Shown piece after piece: positions 1 through 7,841 of a stretch of DNA of 14,273 bases. Source of the stretch: a candidate division WOR-3 bacterium. GTDB taxonomy: Bacteria; Hydrothermota; Hydrothermia; LBFQ01; DSFT01. Below the pieces are notes generated by a model. That model was not told the origin of the DNA and did no database searches. It was given only the letters and a program-made list of their open reading frames with translations. The first letter of the stretch is position 1, and each line of letters opens with the position of its first letter. A program made the position numbers and the translations under genes. The DNA is taken from assembly GCA_965649115.1 (NCBI GenBank), contig CBFGJN010000049.1, forward strand, positions 1 through 14,273, read 5' to 3'.

Positions 1-87
1 GTTATAGTAATTTGGCTGATTGAGGGGTTGATATGGGAGGGGATGAGTTAAAATATAGTGGGGGTATCCATAGGGAAGGTAGAGGGG

Positions 88-107
88 GAATTATTGGACA
101 AGGCAAA
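88..107 (+). repeat. Dispersed motif GAATTATTGGACAAGGCAAA (putative terminal inverted repeat of a MITE-like element), preceded by G-run-rich sequence
   Basis: 18/20 identical to 4098-4117; its core 91-105 matches the reverse complement of 4125-4139 at 14/15. Confidence 0.6.
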
Positions 108-148
108 AACATATAAAAATAGAGGTTTAAAATTTCAATCTTTATTTT

Positions 149-715
149 ATGAAGTACATTACTGAATTTAATTTTAGAAGAGGTTATATAATTTATCCTA
201 CGCTTGTAGTTGTTGTAGGAGTTTTTGATAAAAATTCAAGAGCAAACTTTATGTCTTGTGTTTGGAATACAGCTTTGTCATTTGAACCTCCCCTTTATGG
301 AGTTTCAATATCTCCAAAAAGAGCAACTCATGATTTAATTCTAAATAAAAAAGCATTTTCTGTATGTTTTTATCCATTTGAAAAATCAAAAGATGTTGAA
401 TTCTTTGGAACATATAGTTATAGAGATATTAATAAGTCAGAAAATATTAATTTAATTCAAGGTGTGAAAGTTGATGTTCCAATACCTCTTGATGCTTATG
501 CAGTTTTGGAATGTTCTCTATTTGATTATAAAGTTTATGGAGACCATACACTATTTGTAGGTGAAATTGTTGTTATTCATTATGATGAAAATTCAACTTA
601 TAATTTATTTGATATGCCTGCTTTGGATTTAAATAAGAAAAAGCCAGTTTTATATCTTGGAAATGGTGTTTATATAACTGTTAATGAAAAAACGATTTTG
701 AATTTAAGAAAATGA
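149..715 (+). CDS. Flavin reductase family protein (DIM6/NTAB-like)
   Basis: 188 aa; YPT-VVVV, LSFEPPLYGVSISPKRATH, LECSL and GDHTLFVGEIV motifs typical of flavin reductase-like proteins. Confidence 0.9.
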   Translation: MKYITEFNFRRGYIIYPTLVVVVGVFDKNSRANFMSCVWNTALSFEPPLYGVSISPKRATHDLILNKKAFSVCFYPFEKSKDVEFFGTYSYRDINKSENINLIQGVKVDVPIPLDAYAVLECSLFDYKVYGDHTLFVGEIVVIHYDENSTYNLFDMPALDLNKKKPVLYLGNGVYITVNEKTILNLRK

Positions 716-1902
716 AATTTATTAGAGACCCTTTATATGAAGATTTTATTATTATAGAAGATAACTTATTAAAAGTTGTTGAACATTATTCATTTCAAAG
801 GCTTAGAAGAATTTCTCAACTTGGACTTGTAAGCTATATTTATCCTGGTGCTACTCATACAAGATTTTCTCATTCACTTGGTGTTCTATACTTAATGGAA
901 GAAGCTATTAAAAATTTACAAATGAAAGGTTTTAGAATTGATAAAACGCTGGAATTTGCTCTTAAATTCACGGCTCTTGTTCATGATATTGGTCATAGTC
1001 CATTTTCACATGCTTTGGAAATGACAATTTTAAATAAGAAGCATGAAGACATAACAAAAATAATTATAGATAAAATTTTAAGAAATGTTGTTGGAAATGA
1101 AATATCAGAAATTGCTATTAAAATTATTGATAATTTATTTGAATTAAAGTTTGCTAATGAACTTATTAGCAGTCAATTAGATGTTGATAGACTTGATTAT
1201 ATAAGAAGAGATGCGTTTTTTTGTGGTGTTCATTATGGTTTAATTGATGTTTGGAGAATTTTAAAAACCTTAACAATTACAAATGATAATAGATTAGCAA
1301 TTGAGGAAAAAGGAAAGCATGCAGTTGAAGGATATTTAGTAGCAAGGTATTTAATGTACTGGTCAGTTTATTTTCATAAAACAAATTTGTCAATTCAAGC
1401 TATGTTATATAGTTTATTTAAAAGATTGAAAGATTTATTAGAAGAAGGGTATGAAATTCCATTAATTGATAAAATAAAAGTTCTTTTTGAAAGAGGTCTT
1501 GATAGTGATGAGGGACTTAAAGCATTTATTATGCTTGATGATAGCGATATATTTTATTTATTTAAACTATGGTCTGATTGCTCTGATAATGTTCTTTCGG
1601 ATTTATCAAGAAGAATTTTAAATAGGAAAATTTTTAAAGTTTATGATGAAGACTTAACAATTGATCAAATTGATGAAATTAAAAATAAATTATTAGAAAG
1701 TGGATTTGACCCAAAGTACTATCTTATTGAAAAGACTGCTATTGATACTGCATATGAGCCCTATAATGTAGATGGAGATGGAAGTATAAGAGTAATTTTA
1801 AAAAATGGAAATATAGTGGAAATTTCGCAATCATTACCAACTGATACCCTAAAAGCATTATCAAGACCAATTAAGAAGAAATTACTATTTGTTCCTTTTT
1901 AG
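712..1902 (+). CDS. HD-domain phosphohydrolase (SAMHD1/YwfO-like putative dNTP triphosphohydrolase)
   Basis: IRDPLY, FQRLRRISQLG, YPGATHTRFSHSLG, HDIGHSPFSH, DVDRLDYIRRD and MYWSVYFHK; ATGA overlap with the upstream gene. Confidence 0.92.
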   Translation: MKFIRDPLYEDFIIIEDNLLKVVEHYSFQRLRRISQLGLVSYIYPGATHTRFSHSLGVLYLMEEAIKNLQMKGFRIDKTLEFALKFTALVHDIGHSPFSHALEMTILNKKHEDITKIIIDKILRNVVGNEISEIAIKIIDNLFELKFANELISSQLDVDRLDYIRRDAFFCGVHYGLIDVWRILKTLTITNDNRLAIEEKGKHAVEGYLVARYLMYWSVYFHKTNLSIQAMLYSLFKRLKDLLEEGYEIPLIDKIKVLFERGLDSDEGLKAFIMLDDSDIFYLFKLWSDCSDNVLSDLSRRILNRKIFKVYDEDLTIDQIDEIKNKLLESGFDPKYYLIEKTAIDTAYEPYNVDGDGSIRVILKNGNIVEISQSLPTDTLKALSRPIKKKLLFVPF

Positions 1903-1903
1903 A

Positions 1904-2764
1904 TTATTGATTAAGGCTTCTTGAAAGGAAACCATCAGTTTCAAGAATATATTCAAATCCATTAATTGTATCAAAAACTTTAATATCATAGAAATAGAAT
2001 TTATTTTTAAACTTCCCTGTGCAACTCCTAAAAAATCCAGTTCCATCATTTTTAAATTTGCCATCAATACAAATCCTATTAAAATTTTTGTCAGAAATTC
2101 TTATATCAAACAAACTATCATCCCTATTAAAATTTTCTTTTAATTTTAGAATTGAATTTGAATCCAAGTTTAAAATCTCGTTTGACAAAAATAAGAGAAA
2201 CGTTCTTCTTGGATTTAGTTTTATCATTTGTAACATTTGCTTTATAGTATCATTAGTAAAGTTCCATCCAATTGGAACATTTATTGAAATACCATATTTG
2301 TTTTCAATAATTTTTTTCTTTTCATCGTCAATCCCAAAGTAAATTGCTCTTCTATATGCACTTTCAAGGACTCTAAATTTCAATATACTATCTATAAAAA
2401 ACTTATTTATATAAATTTTAAATTTTAAATCTTCTTCATTTTCTCCAAAAATTCCAATTATAAAATCACCCCTTCTATTTATATTTTCGTTATATCCAAC
2501 ATCATTATTTATGTATTTATAGAATTTAAAAAAATTTTTATCGGATTTTTTCAAAATTAAAATTAGGTTGTTAATCTCACTTAGATTATCTAATTTTTCT
2601 AACTTTATGAATTTATAGGAAAGTGTATCAAAACTGCTGATAAAAAAATTATAAATATCAAAACTTGGAGAGTAAATATAAAATTTATTCAAATCTTCAA
2701 TTTTAAGTTTTATTTCTTCCTTACAAGATAACAGAAACATTAATAATATAAAAATTCTTCTCAT
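1904..2764 (-). CDS. Predicted lipoprotein, possibly DUF4837-like
   Basis: N-terminus MRRIFILLMFLLS-C is a signal peptide II with lipobox; the KYGISINVPIGW segment recalls DUF4837 (family call uncertain). Confidence 0.6.
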   Translation of the reverse strand: MRRIFILLMFLLSCKEEIKLKIEDLNKFYIYSPSFDIYNFFISSFDTLSYKFIKLEKLDNLSEINNLILILKKSDKNFFKFYKYINNDVGYNENINRRGDFIIGIFGENEEDLKFKIYINKFFIDSILKFRVLESAYRRAIYFGIDDEKKKIIENKYGISINVPIGWNFTNDTIKQMLQMIKLNPRRTFLLFLSNEILNLDSNSILKLKENFNRDDSLFDIRISDKNFNRICIDGKFKNDGTGFFRSCTGKFKNKFYFYDIKVFDTINGFEYILETDGFLSRSLNQ

Positions 2765-2767
2765 TAT

Positions 2768-3502
2768 CTATGAGCCATTTTCCAATCTATAAGCTAGTAT
2801 TTGAGGTAAATCACTTTCCAAAATTTTCCTTTTTGTTTTTTGAACATCATAATCAACTCTAATAATTTCAAATGTAAAGCTATTTAAATCAAGAACAGCA
2901 AAGCTTGCTCGATAATCTCCATCTCTTGGTTGTCCAACACTTCCAGGATTAAGCATATATTGGTAGTTTTCATCTAATTTGTACTTTTCAAATGGATTAG
3001 GAATAATATGCTCAATATATGAAAATTTCTTTTTATAAATAGCAGGAATATGTGTATGACCAATTAATGTTATAAAATTGTCAAGGTATTGGAAGTAAAT
3101 TCTCGCATCATTAACATTTAAAATATATGTCCAATCAAGAGGATATTTGGGACAAGCATGGACAATATAAATATCTTTAAAGTTTTCTTCAAGTTTTAAG
3201 GAAGATAAAAAAATTTTATTTTCCTCTTCTAAAACACTTAATGTCCATATCATTGAACTTCTTGCTACTGGTGAAAAATTTTTAATTATGTTTTCATCAA
3301 TAACTGCATAATCATGATTTCCCATTACGATAATGTCAGCTTCTTTTTTTATAATTTCAACTACTTCATTAGGATTTGGTCCATAATTTATTAAATCTCC
3401 AAGACAAATAATTTTATCTATCTTTCTTTTTAAAATTTCTTTAAGAACAATTTCAAGAGCTTCAAGATTTCCATGAATATCCGATAAAATTGCTATTTTC
3501 AT
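2768..3502 (-). CDS. Metallophosphoesterase (calcineurin-like)
   Basis: SDIHGN, LGDLINYG, GNHD, GHTH and NPGSVGQPRDG motifs. Confidence 0.93.
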   Translation of the reverse strand: MKIAILSDIHGNLEALEIVLKEILKRKIDKIICLGDLINYGPNPNEVVEIIKKEADIIVMGNHDYAVIDENIIKNFSPVARSSMIWTLSVLEEENKIFLSSLKLEENFKDIYIVHACPKYPLDWTYILNVNDARIYFQYLDNFITLIGHTHIPAIYKKKFSYIEHIIPNPFEKYKLDENYQYMLNPGSVGQPRDGDYRASFAVLDLNSFTFEIIRVDYDVQKTKRKILESDLPQILAYRLENGS

Positions 3503-3957
3503 TCGTTTTCGGGAAGTGGAACTTGCGTCCTAATAAAGAAATCTTTTCTTAAAGGATGTCCTGGAAATTCGTCCCATAATAAAATCCTTTCTAAATTTGG
3601 ATGATTCTTAAATGTTATCCCAAACATATCATAAACTTCTCTTTCAAGCCAATTTGCACCTTTATAAATTGAGGTGATACTATCCACTTCTTCATTTTCA
3701 TCCACTTGAATTTTTACCCTAATTCTTTTATTTTCATCTAAGTTTCTTAAATGATAAACAACTTCAAATCTCTTTTCTTTTTTATTTAACCAATCAACAG
3801 CAGTTAAATCACAAAGCATCTTAAAATTAAAATCTTCATAAAGAATTCTAATAGCATCTAAAAGATGCTCTCTTTTTACAATAATAACAGGCATATCTAT
3901 GTTTTCTCTATATTCTAAGATAAAGTCTTTTAATTTTTCCAAGATTTCTTTAAGCAT
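3499..3957 (-). CDS. nuoC: NADH-quinone oxidoreductase subunit C
   Basis: LCDLTAVDW, RFEVVYHL, ANWLEREVYDMFGITFKNHPNLERIL and GHPLRKDF, the complex I 30 kDa subunit signature. Confidence 0.93.
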   Translation of the reverse strand: MLKEILEKLKDFILEYRENIDMPVIIVKREHLLDAIRILYEDFNFKMLCDLTAVDWLNKKEKRFEVVYHLRNLDENKRIRVKIQVDENEEVDSITSIYKGANWLEREVYDMFGITFKNHPNLERILLWDEFPGHPLRKDFFIRTQVPLPENE

Positions 3958-3964
3958 GGCTCGG

Positions 3965-3976
3965 AAATTTTAAAGC
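3965..3976 (-). promoter_or_regulatory. GCTTTAAAATTT putative -10 promoter element for nuoC
   Basis: Exact copy of the recurring 12-mer; TAAAAT core lies 9 nt before the ATG. Confidence 0.5.
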
Positions 3977-3996
3977 ATAAAAAGTTTTTGTAGCTC

Positions 3997-4115
3997 AAAT
4001 TATTGATTTTATGGGGGGTTTAACGGGGGGCGAAGTTATAAGCCGAAGGCTTAAATTCAGGGTGGGTGGGAAAAATATAGTAAAATAAATAGTTTTAGAA
4101 TTACTAGACAAGGCA
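3997..4115 (+). repeat. G-rich repeat copy A followed by putative right terminal repeat (4101-4115)
   Basis: 3997-4022 vs 4186-4211 match 23/26; 4036-4087 vs 4251-4302 match 43/52; hairpin TAAGCC-GAA-GGCTTA. Confidence 0.75.
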
Positions 4116-4124
4116 AATCAAATA

Positions 4125-4302
4125 TGCTTTGTCCAATAAATGATGTTAAGTGATTGATAATCAACAACTTGTAAAAAATTTTCTGAAATTATCGTTTTTA
4201 TAGGGGGTTTATTAAAGGGGGCGGTAGCCTCCTGGCGAAAAGTTGAGTATTTATAAGGCATAGCCTTATTTTCAGGGCGGGTGGGGAAAATATAGAAAAA
4301 TA
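4125..4302 (+). repeat. Putative left terminal repeat (4125-4139) followed by G-rich repeat copy B
   Basis: Direct repeat of copy A with an extra internal segment containing hairpin AGGGGGC-GGTA-GCCTCCT; hairpin TAAGGC-ATA-GCCTTA. Confidence 0.75.
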
Positions 4303-4352
4303 TATATTTAATTAAATATACAAAACACCTTTAAAATTATCAATATTAAATT

Positions 4353-5237
4353 GTGATTTATTATTATCTATCAAAAATTCATAGATTTTTTACAAAGCCT
4401 CAAAAACTAAATAAAAAAACTATTGCTATTGGTAATTTTTCCTTTGGAGGTTCAGGGAAAACACCATTTGTAATTTTTCTTTCAAATTATTTAAAACATT
4501 ACTATAAAATTGTAATTTTAAGTAGGGGCTATAAAAGAAAAGATAAAAATATTCAGATTATAAGAGATAGTAATATTGATGTCAAAATTGTTGGTGAAGA
4601 GCCTTATTTGATTCATTTGAAAACAGGTTTAAAAGTTATTGTTTATAAAGATAGACTTTTAGCTTCAAAATTAGCTATTGAATTATATAATCCTCATATT
4701 TTAATTTATGATGATGCACTTCAATACTGGAAAATAGATTTTGATTATAAAATTCTATTATTAGATTATAGATATTTAAAAGGTTGGAATGTTTTTCCAT
4801 TTGGTCTATTTAGAGAACCAATTAGTGAAATTAAGAGAATTGATTTTGTTATAGTTAATTTTAAGTTTGAAGAACCATTTGAAATTTTTGAGTTTATGGG
4901 AAAACCTGCAAGTTTTATAACATATAAAATTGTAAATAGACCTGATTTTAAAGATGTTGTTGGATTTTGTGGAATAGCAGATAGCAAAAGTTTTTATAAT
5001 TTGTTAAAAAAATTTTATAATGTTATCTATTTTAAATCGTTTGAAGACCACCACTATTATAGTGATAAGGAATTAAAATTATTAAGAAGTTTTAAACTTC
5101 CAATAATTACTACGCTTAAAGACTATGTAAAAATTCAAAATAAAGAAGGAATATATTATTTGGATATTGAAGTTGAAATGAAAGATTTTAATAGATTTGT
5201 TGATTTTTTAGGATTTCCTTTAAGCTTTAAAATTTGA
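4353..5237 (+). CDS. lpxK: Tetraacyldisaccharide 4'-kinase
   Basis: IGNFSFGGSGKTP P-loop, ILSRGYKR, GEEP, DDALQ, PFGLFREP, FCGIA, FEDHHYY and TTLKDYVK; GTG start, short N-terminus. Confidence 0.93.
   Translation: MIYYYLSKIHRFFTKPQKLNKKTIAIGNFSFGGSGKTPFVIFLSNYLKHYYKIVILSRGYKRKDKNIQIIRDSNIDVKIVGEEPYLIHLKTGLKVIVYKDRLLASKLAIELYNPHILIYDDALQYWKIDFDYKILLLDYRYLKGWNVFPFGLFREPISEIKRIDFVIVNFKFEEPFEIFEFMGKPASFITYKIVNRPDFKDVVGFCGIADSKSFYNLLKKFYNVIYFKSFEDHHYYSDKELKLLRSFKLPIITTLKDYVKIQNKEGIYYLDIEVEMKDFNRFVDFLGFPLSFKI
5224..5235 (+). promoter_or_regulatory. GCTTTAAAATTT putative -10 element (leaderless) for thiolase
   Basis: TAAAAT at 5228-5233 lies 6 nt before ATG 5240; no Shine-Dalgarno. Confidence 0.5.
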
Positions 5238-5239
5238 AA

Positions 5240-6409
5240 ATGCGTGTTGCTATATTAAGTGCAGTTAGGACACCCATAGGTAAAATTTTAGGTAATCTTT
5301 CAAAATTTAAGGCGGTTGAACTTGGAGCTATTGTTATTAGGGAAGCTATAAAAAGAGCTAATATAGAACCAGAAAATGTTGAACTTGTAATTATGGGACA
5401 AGTTTTACAGGGTGGAAACGGACAAAATCCAGCAAGACAATCAGCAATTTTAGGTGGTATTAAGAGTAATATTCCTGCCTTTACAATAAATATGGTTTGT
5501 GGTTCTGGTTTAAAAGCAATAATGTTAGGAGCACAGGCTATAAAGTCAGGTGATGCGGATATTGTGGTTGCAGGTGGTATGGAAAGTATGACAAATACTC
5601 CTCATGCTATTTATTTAAGAAATGGTATTAAATATGGAAATGTTGAAATGATTGATTTGATGATATATGATGGATTATCTTGTCAGTTTAATAATAATGT
5701 TCATATGGGTCATTTAGCGGAATACACTGCTGAAAAAGCTAATATAACAAGAGAAGAGATGGACCAATTAGCTTATGAAAGTCATATAAAAGCTATAAGA
5801 GCAATTGATAGTGGTTATTTTAAAGATGAAATTGTTCCTATTGAGATAGATGGAAAAATTATTGAAATAGATGAAACACCCAGAAGAGATACAAGTTTAG
5901 AAAAATTATTAAGCTTAAAACCTGTTTTTAAGAAAGATGGAAAGGTAACAGCAGGAAATGCACCACCTTTAAGTGATGGAGCAAGTGCTGTTGTTTTAAT
6001 ATCTGAAAGAAAACTTAAAGAATTAAATTTAAAACCATTAGCTTGGATTTTAGATTATACAGAATTCTTTACAGAACCAAAAGATCTATTTTTTGCACCA
6101 ATTGGAGCATTTAGAAAACTTATGAATAAATTAAATATAAAAGATATAAATGAATTTGATTTAATTGAATTAAATGAAGCATTTGCCAGTCAAGTTCTTG
6201 CAGATTATAAAGAATTGAGATGGGATTGGAATAAATTTAATGTTAATGGAGGTGCTATTGCGCTTGGTCATCCTATTGGTGCAAGTGGTGCAAGAATCCT
6301 TACGACACTAATTTATTCTTTAAGAAGGCTAAATAAAAGGCTTGGAATTGCAGGGCTTTGTCTTGGGGGTGGTGGAAGTGTTGCTATGGCTATTAGCACA
6401 GACGATTGA
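5240..6409 (+). CDS. Acetyl-CoA C-acetyltransferase (thiolase)
   Basis: AVRTPIG, QNPARQ, INMVCGSGL (catalytic Cys), AGGMESM, NEAF, GHPIGASG and LCLGGG. ATG 5240 preferred over TTG 5234. Confidence 0.95.
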   Translation: MRVAILSAVRTPIGKILGNLSKFKAVELGAIVIREAIKRANIEPENVELVIMGQVLQGGNGQNPARQSAILGGIKSNIPAFTINMVCGSGLKAIMLGAQAIKSGDADIVVAGGMESMTNTPHAIYLRNGIKYGNVEMIDLMIYDGLSCQFNNNVHMGHLAEYTAEKANITREEMDQLAYESHIKAIRAIDSGYFKDEIVPIEIDGKIIEIDETPRRDTSLEKLLSLKPVFKKDGKVTAGNAPPLSDGASAVVLISERKLKELNLKPLAWILDYTEFFTEPKDLFFAPIGAFRKLMNKLNIKDINEFDLIELNEAFASQVLADYKELRWDWNKFNVNGGAIALGHPIGASGARILTTLIYSLRRLNKRLGIAGLCLGGGGSVAMAISTDD

Positions 6410-7442
6410 AGACTATCAAAAACAGCTTGAACAAATAAATCAATTAATTTCTGAAAATCAAAAAAAATTAGATGAACTTCAAAACCAAGAAAAGAATTTA
6501 TTATTAGAAATTTCATTAATAAATACAAAAATTCAATTATATGAAGAAAAATTAGACATTTTGAATGAGCAAATTTATAAATTAAATAAGGAAATTGAGC
6601 TTTTGAATAAAAGGAAAGATGCTTTAAATCAAGAAATTAAAGAAACTAAAAGAAAACTAAATAAAACAGCAAAACTTCTATATAAAATTCCGAAACGAAG
6701 TATGTGGGAATTAATTTTAGGAACGGGTTCATTTTACGAATCTTATAGAGTACAGGTTAGTTTAATGTCAGTTTTAAGATATTATAAATTAACTGCTGAC
6801 AATTTGAAAGAAAAAGAAAGAAATTTAGAATATGTTAAACTTGAAATTGATAAAAATTTAAAATTGTTAGAGAAGAGTAGAGATGAGCAAAGAATAGCTT
6901 TAAGTGAATTGAATAATTTAAAAAATCAAAAGCAGATTTATCTTAATAAAATAAGACTTAATAAATCAGAAAAAATCGCATATTTAAATGAGCTTCAAAA
7001 GTCAAAGCAAAAACTTGAAAAGTTAATAAATGAACTTTCTAAAAAGAAGGTTGAAAAGAAATCTGGTTCTATTTCACTTATTATTCCTGTAAATGGTAAA
7101 ATTGTGAATGACTTTGGTTATGTTTATGATAATGTTTATGGAACGAGAATAAAAAATAATGGTATTGATATAAAAGCACCTAAAAATAGTCCTGTTAGGG
7201 CAGCAGAAAGTGGGGAAGTTGTTTATGTTGGATTTATTGAGGGTTATGGAAATATAATAATTATTGAACATTCGGGATTTTGGACAATATATAGTCAAAT
7301 TATTGGAATAAGTGTTAAGAAGGGTGATAAGGTTATAAAAGGACAACAAATTGCAAAAGTTGGTGATGAGTTATTTCACTTTGAATTAAGGTTAGGTAAG
7401 GAAGCAGTTGATCCAAAACCTTACTTTACATCACAATTTTAG
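6378..7442 (+). CDS. EnvC-like murein hydrolase activator (coiled coil plus degenerate M23/LytM domain)
   Basis: Long coiled coil, then NNGIDI..V.A.ESG.V..YGNIIIIEH..V.KG..I..VG..HFELR; Zn-site histidines degenerate (NNGID, YSQ, LFHFE). Start uncertain: ORF open from 6342, GTG 6378 follows GGGGGTGG. Confidence 0.85.
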   Translation: MLLWLLAQTIEDYQKQLEQINQLISENQKKLDELQNQEKNLLLEISLINTKIQLYEEKLDILNEQIYKLNKEIELLNKRKDALNQEIKETKRKLNKTAKLLYKIPKRSMWELILGTGSFYESYRVQVSLMSVLRYYKLTADNLKEKERNLEYVKLEIDKNLKLLEKSRDEQRIALSELNNLKNQKQIYLNKIRLNKSEKIAYLNELQKSKQKLEKLINELSKKKVEKKSGSISLIIPVNGKIVNDFGYVYDNVYGTRIKNNGIDIKAPKNSPVRAAESGEVVYVGFIEGYGNIIIIEHSGFWTIYSQIIGISVKKGDKVIKGQQIAKVGDELFHFELRLGKEAVDPKPYFTSQF

Positions 7443-7443
7443 T

Positions 7444-7809
7444 TTATTTTCTATCTATGGATATTTTTCCCGCACCAATTAAAGCGATTGTTAAATAAAT
7501 TATTAAAAATAAAATTGGTTTTTCTGCTTCTAAAATTGATTGTTTTAAAATGAAAATATGGAAAGATGAAGCAAATATGAAATTAATTGCAATAACGATA
7601 GCGGAAATTCTTGTAAGGAAACCGATCATTACAAATATAGCAAATAATGTTTCAGCACTTATTGAAGCCCAAGTAAAAATTTCTGGAAATGGAAGACCAA
7701 TTTTCTTAACTAAGAAGTAATGTGGTTTTTGGAGCTTAGGAATTCCATGAAATATAAGCAGAAGCAAACTTGGAAAAACCCTCAAAATAAAAATTCCAAT
7801 ATCCCTCAT
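7444..7809 (-). CDS. DoxX family membrane protein
   Basis: 121 aa, hydrophobic; LR...HGIPKL, AE...IGFLTRISA and GAGKISID motifs. Confidence 0.9.
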   Translation of the reverse strand: MRDIGIFILRVFPSLLLLIFHGIPKLQKPHYFLVKKIGLPFPEIFTWASISAETLFAIFVMIGFLTRISAIVIAINFIFASSFHIFILKQSILEAEKPILFLIIYLTIALIGAGKISIDRK

Positions 7810-7814
7810 CCTGA

Positions 7815-7836
7815 AAATTTTAAAGCTTTAAAATTT
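7815..7836. promoter_or_regulatory. Perfect 22-bp palindrome AAATTTTAAAGCTTTAAAATTT; putative bidirectional promoter
   Basis: Fills most of the 32-bp divergent gap; TAAAAT on each strand lies exactly 7 nt before the respective ATG. Confidence 0.6.
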
Positions 7837-7841
7837 ATAAT

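Noticed and set aside
1885..2342. ORFs 1885-2067 (-) and 2019-2342 (+)
   Set aside because: They overlap the lipoprotein gene in other frames and have no recognisable motifs.
3997..4302. CRISPR array or tRNA
   Set aside because: Only two long diverged copies with no regular repeat-spacer period; no cloverleaf or T-loop motif.
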